Positions 24,501-35,483 of a stretch of 64,000 nt of DNA are shown here, piece after piece; position 1 is the first letter of the stretch, and every line of letters starts with the position of its first letter. This stretch comes from Macrostomum lignano. Its lineage: Eukaryota. The DNA lies in the NCBI GenBank assembly GCA_002269645.1, contig NIVC01001794.1:62001-126000 (forward strand). The letters run 5' to 3'. The position numbers were made by a program, and so were the translations under genes. The notes under the pieces were generated by a model that saw nothing but the letters and a program-made list of their open reading frames with translations, was not told the DNA's origin and ran no database searches.

Positions 24501-27500
24501 TGTCCTCACGCATTCGGTGCCTGCTTGGACTTTGCCAATTGCCGTCAATTGTGTCCTCGCCCTCATCGGCTTTTGCCAGCTGCTCAGCTCGTTTCTGGCT
24601 TCAAGGGCTTGTACAGGGATGCTCCGGACCCCGGCGTCTGTCGCACAGGTCACCTTCTTGGCGCTGCGTCTGCCGCACGCATCAAAGTAATTTTTGTTAG
24701 CCCGGCATCCGGTACTGAGATGGAGTTGGATGGTCGCAAAATCAACGTCAGCGGAAGTCCAGAGCCGATCAGACCCGACAGTTGCTTCCAGCTTCTCTTA
24801 CACGGCGCTCAAAATGTACTCATCAATCTCACGTACTCGCTGCTACTTCCGGACGGATCGGAATGCGTTATGAGAAGCTTCGTGCTCCTACCTCCGAGAG
24901 CTTTACCTCCCAATGTGACACTGAATAAATCCAGCCTCAGCGTCATGGACACCTCTGTGCTGGATGTGTCTCTCTCCACAGTGCTGGTGTTGAGTCCAAA
25001 CGGTTTCCCGAGCAGCAGCGTGTGCGATCTAAGACTTAACAACGTAATTGATCTGCACTGTGAGCGAAGTCTCTGCAACATGCGCTCAAGGGTTGAGTTC
25101 TCGACTGTCGGTGGCGTGTTCTGCAAGTACATGGTGCAGCCAGTGTGGTAAGTTTACTCCTGCTACGAAGGTAGAGGCGGCACATTGCTGCCAGAACAAT
25201 GTAAGAAATGTAACAAGAACCGAAACATAAATAGATTTTTCGGTTTAATACTTGAAATAATGGAATAAAAGGAGAATGAAAAATATCTCATGTGAATTGT
25301 TTTGGTTCAAGTATTATACTTCAGTATATACATAAATATAGTGTAAACGTAATTTGTGTAACTTCCAGGTCTGACATCTACGGAAACCTGACGTTCCGAA
25401 GTGGAGTCACGACAAGCGGTATCAACGAGTACATGAGAGGCTTTCTCGTTCCGAGTCCAAGCCAAGCCAACATCCGATTCGAACCAAATCGCAATGCCGC
25501 TACCAAGACCTTCGTTCTGATGTGCCAGGCTTGGAGTGGACTGCCGCCTCGCTTCAGCTACACCAGCTCTGGTTCCCTTGTTCCATCCGTCCTTCCTTTT
25601 ACAGCCATGGGTGGGATAGTCAAAGTCACAATCAGCGTGCTGCACAAGGAGCAGCCTCCTCTTGTGAATAAAGATTTCTTCTCTGTTGGTGTTCTCAAGG
25701 ACAGGGAGAACGAGTACGTGAGTCAGAAATTACAGCGAGAGCGAGGCTTCATGCTGCAACGGCATGGAGAAAACTACGTCACTCAGATTCGGGTCGGCGA
25801 CATGGTTTCACTGTTCTTTTGTGACGATAATACATTTGAGTTGGGCGCTCTCGTTCTACAAGGCCTCGGCGACGATGCAAGTGGTGTTCTGGAGTACCAG
25901 CTGCCGAACTCCATGTCCTGGCAGACTCTGAATGTATCCGCTGACAAGCCTGCGTTTAAGCAGTATCGCATGCTCTCGCGTTTTAAGGACTCGGCAAAAA
26001 CTTCGGATGCCTTTTCAACCATCCAGTGTTTGGGAAGCATCTCATCTACATCTTCCTCCACGCTGCAGCTCTCTGACTTCCTAGCAAATGGCGTCAACGG
26101 TACGGGGCCTGTCACAGCGATGTTCCTCCCGGCCAACGCTACGATCCGATTTCGGCCAACCGTCCCGGCGTCCTGGTCCCGCAGTCGCGCCATCCTTGCT
26201 TTTACAGCCGCAGAGAAGCTGGTCGCCCAACAACAAGTCTACATCAATCCACTCGTTGTCAGTAGCGTGGTCAACAAAAGTGCAGCTGCTGGATGGGCAG
26301 TTGTCCGTCCAGTGACGGTTGGCTGCGACAATCAGCCATGGTCAGGTCTCCAGACTGATGTCTGTAAAATCTGTGGTGGAAATGGTCGCTCATGCATCGA
26401 CTGCAACGGTGATGCAAATGGCACAGCGATCTGGAACGACTGTGGCAACTGCGTTGGTGGAAGAACTGGCAAAGCCATGCGTTATGGAAAGGACTGCGCT
26501 GGTCGATGCAACGGATCTTTTGTCTCGCCAATGCCTGGCCTGTGCTACAATTCCAGTCGATTTGCGACTGCTGATGAGTACATCAGATCGGTGTGGTGCG
26601 ATGGTAAAGTGAACAGCACTGCGCGCATCAATAAGTGCGGCTTCTGCACCGAGGGAAGCACCGGAAGAGCGGCCAACTTCGGCGTAGGACCCTGCGGCTG
26701 CAGCAACGACACTTCCTGTATCACAGGCTGTGACAGTGTCGCTGAGCCATCGTTGTCGTCCCGAAAGACTTACGATAAATGCCGTCGTTGTCTGCTGCCC
26801 AGCGACCCGCAGAGAGACATCTGTGCTCGGATCCACTTCACGATTACCCGAAACGCTTGCGTGGGGTCATACGCTGCTTATCAGCAAGTGACAATCAGCA
26901 GCAGCAGCATCAACCTTACAATCAGCTCAATCACTCTGCGCCTGCTGAAAGTGACCGATTGGGTAAGACATCAATTCCATTTTTGCAATAATATAACTAA
27001 AGGCTCTTTTACGTACACCGCTATCAAATTGCACAAATGTAAATTACACGACGATGTAAAACGCGGCGAAAAAAATAGTACAAGCCGTTTATCCTGATAG
27101 TGACGATTAATGGCCTAATTTAGTGGCAACGCGCCTAAAGGTTTACTTACAGATGTATTTACAGATGTAGATTTAGGCGATTATTAGCAAAATAGATAGC
27201 AAGTCCAGCAATACTCAAAATTTATAAGCTTCAATTGATAACTTTGTAATTTACGTTGATAAAATACAAACTACTTCTTCCGCCCTCACATTGACAGTCG
27301 CTCTACACGGAGCTTCAAGCAATATCCATCGATGTATCTTCTGGTCTGTTCCGCTTTTCTGTGCCCTCGGGTCTCGTTGCTCGCGAGTACGCTCTACAGG
27401 TTAAATACTTGACCGCTTCCGGTGCTACAGTCATCGAGGACGTTTCCGGTGGAACCTTGACTGTTTTTGGAGCTCCCAGCTTGTCCAGCTTGAGTGTCGG

Positions 27501-30500
27501 GAGCAGACTCACGCTAGAAAATCCCGTTTACTCTCTGCCAGTGAGCGGACAGGGATTCGTCAACACGCCCGATCTCGTCTGCCTTCTCTACTGCGACGAT
27601 CTTAGCCGCCACACCCGATGCGACCCGCGCACTGGCTTTCTCACTGTGCCGGCCAGATTCGACAGCGCGACAAGCGTCACCTGCAATATCTCTGCGCTGG
27701 CCGAAGTCCGACAGTCGCTGCAATGGAAGCTCAGCGTCATGAACTGCAAGCTGCAAACACTTAGCTACGATGCATATGCGGTGTTCAAGTGAGTGGTTTG
27801 TTTTTATTGCTGCAAGTATGAATGCAATGATTTACACCAAGTGACACATCGGTTACACCTCTTGCAATCACCGACCAGGCACAACTCTCTGCCGTTCTCG
27901 ATCCGCTCGAGTAAGGGTCCGGTGCTGCTCTCAGCAACTGATGACGCTAGTGGCTACCACCTGTATCTCCAGTTCGACACAAACATCCAGCTGCGACAGA
28001 CGGCGTGCTCGGCCATCTTTGATGCGTCGACTTTTGCGCTGGCCCAAAGTGCTACGCGAGGGCAAACGCTCTCATCGTGTGGAAAGGACGTGGCGCAACA
28101 ATCTGCTCTGGCTCTCGAATCAGCATCAATTCGAATATCATTTATGTGGGTGGCAGCGACATCAGCCTGGCCACCAGTTCCAGTGTCAGCACCGCTGTTG
28201 TGAATGCAAACGGTCGGAAGCCACCTGTCATCTTTTTGGCCGGAGTTCAATCAGATGCCAACCAGGTGGCCACCGTCGGACTCTGTGACTCGTTCAACCT
28301 GTATGCCACCATCAGAGGATCGATGGTGCAGCAGATCACTTGGGACATCCGGTGTGCTGCAGGCTCAGCTTGTCAAGCAACTGAGCTGGCCGCATTCCAG
28401 TCAAAGTTTTCCACAGAAGTCACTTTCTACGCCGGAAAGGATGTTAGTGATCTCAAGCGCTTAAGTCAGAAGATATTACTCAAAAAAAATTATAATATTT
28501 ACAGTCTCAAATCTTGCTTTATTCTTCAGATTCCGCCTGGGGAGTCATACAACATCACGGCTTCTGCCCAGAACGAATGCGGAACACAGTCGAATACGGC
28601 GAGCATCATAGTTAAACGACTCGTTGAAAAAACGCCATTTAGCATTAGTATCTTCGGACAGCAAAAGTATGTGAAGCCCGATCTTTGGTACAGCGCTGTG
28701 CTTTTTGTACGACCGTCATTTTGCTATACCAAGGCTATCGGCACTCTGAGTGTAAGTAACAGTACTCTGAGAACGCTTATTGTATAAATCATGCATCATA
28801 GTATGATAAGAGAAGCAAAATTTGCAACAAAATCTCAATGAGCATATCTCTGAAATGTCTTAGCTCGTACTATCGAATATAAAGTACACCTGCTGTCTGC
28901 TATACAATAGTATACCTTTAGGCTCTTGCACCTACACTGCCATCAGGCGTGATTCTCCACATTTTAATTTTGCAGTACAAGTGGAAGATCGTCGGTGGCA
29001 CCAGAGCCATCAATGTGGACCAACAGGCGATCACAGGTAAATTCTTCCGACTGAGATCTGGAGTCCTGCAAGGAGGCCAGTCCTACAACCTGAGTGTCTG
29101 CGCTTCCATGCCGACTTGGCCCAACGTGGCGTGCGGCTTTTTGCTTCTGGAGACGATCAGCCGCCCTCTGGTTCTCATGTTCGTCCGCGGAGGTCGCTCT
29201 GATCTCGGCGTCAGCGATGCACTGCAGGAATCCGTGTACATCATCGATCCAGACTACTCGACTGAGACGACATTTTGCACCTTCTATCTGACCAAGTGGG
29301 CCAACGGTGAGGCAATCTACATGCGCAACATACACACTGGGACCATGCTTCTTCGGTTCGGATGGAACTCAGACATCATCGAACAGTATCCAAGTGCCTT
29401 GGCCGGATCCCAGTGTATACGAGCTACCCTCAGGCTTCATGAACCTCACTGTGAGTTGTCAGCGGGGTCAGCGACGGTCCAGTCGTACAAAGCTTGTGCA
29501 GATTTTGTCTCGTCCGCCTCCATCAGTCCGGATCTTGACCGAGCCGAGCAACAAACCAATCAATCCAAACGCTGCTGTCCCGGTGACAGCTTTAGTGATT
29601 TCCAGTGAGATCACTCAGACTCAATGGTCTGTGGATACTCAAGAGACTGGCTTTGGCTCGCTGTCGCTTCAGCAGTGCTCAGTAGGACCGCCGCTGACCG
29701 ATACATGCGTACCCAATCGACGCTGCTTCATCACTTTGGTTCTTAAGCCAGGACGAAGCTGCAGCTTTGCTGCCGGTGTCTCCTACCGACTGCTTTTGAT
29801 CGCCAGCGCCAGTTCCGGGACCGCTCAGGCCCAGTTCGACTTCCGCGTGAATGCATCACTGTCTGTGACTCCCAGTCAAGGAGCCGCTCTGGAGACACCC
29901 TTCACGCTCACCATATGGCCGAATATCACTGACGATTCCGACGTGTCCTTCAGTTACAGCGCCATGTGCTGTCGCCAAGATTCATCAAGCCAGTGCGTCA
30001 GCGTAACTAGTGAACCAACACCCGCTAGACTGCTCACCACTCGTCTACCTGGAGGAAACTGGATCTGCAAAGCTTCAGCCATCGACTCTAACGGAGCAGG
30101 CTCCGATTGGTTCTCATTTACTACTGTAATTCAGGTGCAAGCGAAGCAGCTGACGCTTGCCAAGCTCGACGATTTACTAAACAACTTGAACAATATTTCA
30201 AACAGCTGTGAGGGCGATTAAGTTAGCTCGTATTTCCTATTTCTATTTAGCTTCGAATTCAAATTAACTAGGTATCCATTTGATATATTGTATTGTAGTT
30301 GACGGTCCAGCACTATGCGGAATGATCCTGAGTGAGCCAGATACTGGCCTGTCGTCCGAGGAAAAGAACAAGAAGAATTAGCTGGTGCAGGAACTGGTGA
30401 TTCGGGATCTTCTGACTTTAGACACAAGGTATATAAGTCATGCTAAATAGTAATACACTTTTTTAACAGAAAACCAACCTGTCAATAGTGTAAAATAACT

Positions 30501-32930
30501 AAAGGGCAGTATTATATTCAAACTTTATCGATAATTTCAGTGTGCCATCGGTTTCCTGTCTCAGGGCTGCAACAAGCTGTCAACTGTTTCGGAAAACGAG
30601 AGCCAACAGCCAGTATATAACTAACTTGGTACTGAACACTCTTAAAAAGTGCCTTGATGCGTTTCATTCTCAGTCGTTTTCACCAGCTTCGCCAGACAGC
30701 GCAAAAAGAAGGCGAAGGCGCAACGCGTCGGGATCTCAGCGTGGAACAACAAGCAAAATAACTGCCACTGAAGTGAAGTCCGTCCTCGACATCGCATCCG
30801 GAGTCTATCACTCCACGCTCGATTCGACAACAGCTGCTGATATCCAGGCTACAATTCTTAACACCGTTCCTGCCTTCTGCAACAGTCAAAATCCGAACTC
30901 GCTAGCTCAGGCGGCAGCATCCACAATGACCGTTGTACGCGTGTACAAGACGTCTTTCAACTCAGTCGGTTCAGCCAATCTGGAGATGGGATGTGACTCA
31001 GGAAGCACCGACTGTCTATCCAATTTCACAGTCCGTCAACAGGTTGCACTTGGTGCCGATCTCGAGCAGCGCTACTATAACTGGTCATGTGGCCAGACTG
31101 ACTGCTTCCAGGACGGTGCCTGCATCGGAACCATCCTGCTGGACAAGGATCTGCTCACTCCACAGGCCAAAGTGGCTTCTCCGACGATTCCCCCGCGACG
31201 CAGTCCTCTGGCCTACGTAGGAATATTTCACCCGAGCGACGGTGCGAACCAGAATGTTTCACGCCTCAGCAATGGTGTGACTATCACCACCAACATCAGT
31301 GGCTCTGTGAATCTTAGTAGCATCAGCCTCATCTGCCGTAGCTGGAGCGGAGCCGACTGGACCCCGGATAACTGCACGACTCGCGCGCCATTCCAGACCG
31401 ACGATGGCATCTGGCACGTAACGTGTGTGTGCCATGACATATCTTCATTTATTGGCGTTTTTGAGGGACCACCAGGCTTCCAACCGGAGACAACCATCGC
31501 TCCATCTACCACCGAAAGTGAGATTGGCCAGGCAAGGACGACGTTTGAAACAACACTTGAATCTCGCTTAACGACTACAATTTCGGAGATGCATACCTCA
31601 TCTGTGTCTTTTTCGAGTACCATCACTTCTACTCAGGCACCCAGTAGTACGTCTGCGACACTTTCGAAAGCGCCGAGTTTGTCTAGCACTTCTCAGAGTA
31701 CGATCACTTCTACTCAGGAATCCACTAGTACGTCTGCGACGCTTTCGAAAGCGCCGAGTTTGTCTAGCACTTCTCAGAGTACCATCACTTCTACTCAGGA
31801 ACCCACTAGTACATCTGCGACACTTTCGAAAGCGCCGAGTTTGTCTAGCACTTCTCAGAGTACCATCACTTCTACTCAGGAACCCACTAGTACGTCGGCG
31901 ACACTCTCAGAGACGCAAACTTCAGCTGCAACGCTTTGGAACAGCATCACGACGACTATATTACCCCGTGTAACGGCTCCGACACTCTCAGAGACGGACA
32001 CTATAGCTGTGGCACTCCAAATTAGGGTCACAGAGTCATTCTCTAACGTCGTTACAGACGAAAGCCGCCTTCAAGGCCACCTGACGAGTCAGCTTGCGCG
32101 TCAGCTAAGGCTCGCTGAGTCGCAACTAACCGACATGCAGTTTGCAAATGGCAGCGTTCTTATCAGTTTTACCGTCAACAGTCAGTCTGGTGCCAACACT
32201 AGTGCTTCCTTCGCTGTTTATTTGCTGGTGCAGCTCATGAACAACCGCCAGCTCGTACTACTTGGCCTGAGCAACAGCAGCCTGACGGTCTCCTGGGAGT
32301 ACCTGCGGGTGCTGGACGTAAAAACAGCTATGCAGCCTACTGTAAGGACTAGCAGCAACAACACCAACATTATTTCCATCTCTGTTGGTGCTTCGGTTGG
32401 TGCCCTTTGCCTAATTGGGACTTTTATAGTAGTCCTTCTGCTTATGCGAAGGAGCAACCGAAACTCTAAAGTCCCAGAAGAACATGAGAGCAACTTAAGG
32501 AATGATTGGAATACGGTGCGTGACCCGAGAGCAACGGATACAAGTTGGCCGGTCGGTGTTATTCCAGTCAAGTTTGCACCACCCCGTTGGAAAACGGTAA
32601 GGAGCTCTTTCGGTGGGCTACATTTTTTGTTTGCGAGCGAAGCTGTACGTAGTAGGGACTTTATTGCACACACTGTTCTATAGGGTTTGGTCTTCATATT
32701 AAAAACTATGCGACTCAATCACAAATGAACGTGTACTCGCTCACAAGTAAAAAAAGATTTCTTAGTGATATTTGTTCTGAGAAATTGATTTTAATATTTT
32801 TCATTACTTGCATCAACGCGCACCCGTGTCCTTCCTACGACAGGAAATTCTCAGGGAGACGGGTCCATCGCAAAGTCGAGAGTCGAGAGCTGAGCGAGTA
32901 AGGGAATGGAGCAACTTGAAATACTATTAA
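9581..32930 (+). CDS. Giant multi-exon type I membrane protein: tandem Cys-rich modules + DxCGxCGG repeats + REJ/GAIN-GPS-like region + mucin stalk + SEA-like domain + 1 TM
   Basis: Exon 1 9581-9673 encodes signal peptide MAGAMLGLWLVLQLLLTGPQDVLA (donor GTAAGC, phase 0). Module exons start at 10740, 12196, 13652, 15108, 16564, 18019, 19476 and 22861, each followed by a small exon. Further exons: 24110-24202, ~24249-24362, ~24493-25148, ~25369-26962, ~27298-27789, ~27879-28442, 28530-28752, ~28977-30207, 30299-30428, 30541-32596 and 32844-32930 (ends NLKYY*). Splice phases are consistent throughout. TM at ~32370-32445 (IISISVGASVGALCLIGTFIVVLLLM-RRSNR). Contains several 1-nt indels and one in-frame TAG. 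Confidence 0.75.
9712..9971. mobile_element. Non-autonomous hAT-type MITE in intron 1
   Basis: Left end CAGTGGCGTAGC, right end GCGACGCAACTG (2 mismatches to the perfect TIR), exact 8-bp TSD TAGAATTG (9704-9711 and 9972-9979). Confidence 0.8.
10740..20781 (+). repeat. Coding tandem array, ~1456-bp period, 7 units (1107-bp exon, 101-bp intron, 99-bp exon, 150-bp intron)
   Basis: Large-exon starts 10740/12196/13652/15108/16564/18019/19476 give spacings of 1455-1457. Exons and introns are near-identical up to ~20250. Confidence 0.97.
21297..21939 (-). mobile_element. Internally deleted Tc1/mariner element
   Basis: TIRs CACTCAGCAA(C/A)ATTGAAAAGT at both ends, flanked by TA (21295-96 and 21940-41). 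Minus ORF ends WDYLKRSIRRENPPQNVAQLRESLSTAWQQL...MPRRVSALLDARGCYTRY (Tc1 C-terminus). An N-terminal HTH-like fragment remains; the DDE core is missing. Confidence 0.88.
21995..22170. repeat. Short degenerate satellite CCTTGACATCTCAGCAATTCCCC
   Basis: About 5-6 imperfect copies; reverse complement of the array at 51870-53610. Confidence 0.8.
31619..31905 (+). repeat. Coding 81-bp (27-aa) Ser/Thr mucin-like repeats
   Basis: TITSTQ(A/E)(P/S)(S/T)STSATLSKAPSLSSTSQS three times plus a partial fourth copy, between the GPS-like motif and the SEA-like domain. Confidence 0.9.
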
Positions 32931-34454
32931 GAAACTACTATTATTGGATAGACTAGATGAGTTTACTGCTAGTGTAGCCTTCTAGGTGTAGTGAGTGTTT
33001 TAGCAAGAGCTGTAAGACCAAAAATGATCTGACTACTTCTACACGTAGAACTATATTTTTTGTTACTCTGTCAGATTTATACGCAAATCGGTATATGTAC
33101 GCACGCAGTAGATTTTAGTATTTTTTTTCTAGTTGAGCCATTCAAAAGTTCTCCGTATTTCGAAAATATTGGCATTAATGTTTAGTGGGATGGTTCAGTG
33201 CAGCTGGATCGTCAGTCACGTACAAAGAGTGCGAGCTATCAAGGTCACCAGACTATGAACTCCATACCTTCAATTAATGGCGCTCGGCCCAGGTGGATGC
33301 ACTCGATGCACTCTAAGAGTCCATCTTGCCCTCACGTCATAAATAAGAGGGCATTTTGATCCCTATCTTTTAAGCCTTTTCGCCAGCTAGATACGGAGAA
33401 TTTTTCAAGTGGCTTTTAGTTTTTAGACACAATGCTTTTATTGAAGCAAAATTTACGAACAAATAATACCTTTTATTTATGTAGTAATTGCTGTGTGACA
33501 GTGTGATTCGTAGAAGCGTGTATCGTATTTCTTTATTTTCATATGCATACCGTATTCTTTCATTTATTTCAACAATATTCGTACGTATTATTATCGCGCT
33601 ATTTTTACTGTTAATTGCTTTGTTTTTGTAGCCTCGTATGTATGTATTCTATTATTTGTATTTCATTCATATCGTTATTATTTCTCGTAAAGTAGTTCTA
33701 CCTATGTACATGTACTGACGCGATGTTATTCTTGCACGATATATATTATCGATTAATTTGTACATGTGCATTGCGCGCCGCGTGGGGGGGTTTTTGTCTG
33801 GGTTTTGGATTAAGGGTGTTGTTGTTATCTGTTTACCTTTAAATATATGCTTACACTGCAGTCAGCAGCCGCTCTCGCCCTTCCCCTTGCTTCGCTTCTC
33901 GACCTAGGCTCGCTAACCCTTAGCTGTGACGCTGTCTGGCCTCCTTACACCAACTCTTCCGCCGTCTACCTTGGCACACCAATTAGTTAACCAAGTGATC
34001 CAGCAATTTTAAGTAGCACTAGCAAAAGTCTTAGGGTTGAAGCGGCTTGCCGATCTGCTAACTAATCGTGAACTATCTAAATTAACCGCTACACAAATCC
34101 GTCTTATTCGCCTTATTCGTCACAGCTGTTTTCCATATTCGTGTTGATGCTAAAAATTACTGAGTGATTTTAGACAAACTCACTTGCTTCTACTTTATCT
34201 ATTTGTATTCGAAAAAACTGTTTCCTTTAGACGACGTTAACATCTCTTATCGAATCTACGAGTGCTTAGAACTTTTTTCTTAGATATGAACTTCTCTGGT
34301 GACTTAAATTCAACCCGATGAAAGAAATAAACTTTTGGACTCAAAATGGCTTGCCAGCTATTCAAGATTCAATTTTTATATTCGCTCGGTTGCTTGTTAA
34401 CTATATTTTTTCATTTTATTCAAACAGAAAGAATAAAAAACCAACAAACAACAT

Positions 34455-34500
34455 TTGTAAGTCGACGCGTTTCGCACTCCGTGGTACATCTTCAGGGGTG
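34455..34500 (-). ncRNA. Minimal type I hammerhead-ribozyme-like motif (Penelope-like-element style)
   Basis: Minus strand CUGAAGA-U-GUAC(CACGGA)GUGC-GAAA-CGCG-UC: full catalytic core, 4-bp helix II, palindromic ACGCGU mini-helix III and a GUC cleavage triplet. Helix I pairs poorly. AATAAA lies ~45 nt downstream. Confidence 0.55.
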
Positions 34501-35012
34501 AAACAGCATGAAAACACTGCTGCAGAGTGTGTAATGTGACTACAATAAACTATCTAACCTGTACACAGTGATCGCTACACGAACCATGAGTGCAACAGAT
34601 GACGCACACACAATAAAGCTGAACAGATTTCTTTCAGCGGAAGCAGGTGCAAAAAGCATTAAAATTAATAAAAAAAGTTACTTCACTAACGGATGCCGCG
34701 TCATCTGGTTGCTTCAAGCTCAATGAAGACATTTCCGGACTAAATCCATCTGTATCTCTTGTATTTCCTGATCGGATTGCTTTTACAGCCTGTGAAAATC
34801 TCAGACAAGCTTTCTAGTTCGTACTTTTCAACTACGACTAAATAATATTGCACTTGAATTTGCGCTAAACTTTAAAGGTACGCTGCATTAAAAATGACGG
34901 GTAGATTAATTTCGGAATGCTCGTCGTAGCTTTAGCACCCGAGATTTTGGGTGTCCAAAGAGAGTAAATGGCGTTCCTTTTGCTGGCACCTCCTGCACTC
35001 TGCTGACATTCT

Positions 35013-35210
35013 TGGCGTCCCTGGCACTGGCGTCCCTGGCACTGGCGTCCCTGGCACTGGCGTCCCTGGCACTGGCGTCCCTGGCACTGGCGTCCCTGGC
35101 ACTGGCGTCCCTGGCACTGGCGTCCCTGGCACTGGCGTCCCTGGCACTGGCGTCCCTGGCACTGGCGTCCCTGGCACTGGCGTCCCTGGCACTGGCGTCC
35201 CTGGCACTGG
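35013..35210. repeat. 15-bp minisatellite (TGGCGTCCCTGGCAC)n, ~13 copies
   Basis: Perfect tandem array; it explains the low-complexity ORFs at 34865-35249. Confidence 0.97.
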
Positions 35211-35483
35211 TGCCCCTTCATGGTAGCTAGTCAGATAAAATGGCGCCAATTCAAATGAGATAGCGCATTTTTGCTCAACTCAATTCATTACGCGTCTAGT
35301 TCTGTCTCCGCATGAAACTGAAGCTACAGGGAATAAGTAGCGAACCAATCATAGCCTTCTTCTGCAGTGAAGCAAGCCTGAGGCATTAAGTAAACGTTTC
35401 GATGCCGTACGAACTACTTGCATAAAAAGGGGCAATAAGACGCTTCATCAGGCATTCGTTCGATACGGTTGACTTGCAACACA

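Noticed and set aside
35395-35455. Second CUGAUGA...GAAA hammerhead candidate (minus strand)
   Set aside because: Neither helix I nor helix II can pair; likely a chance match.
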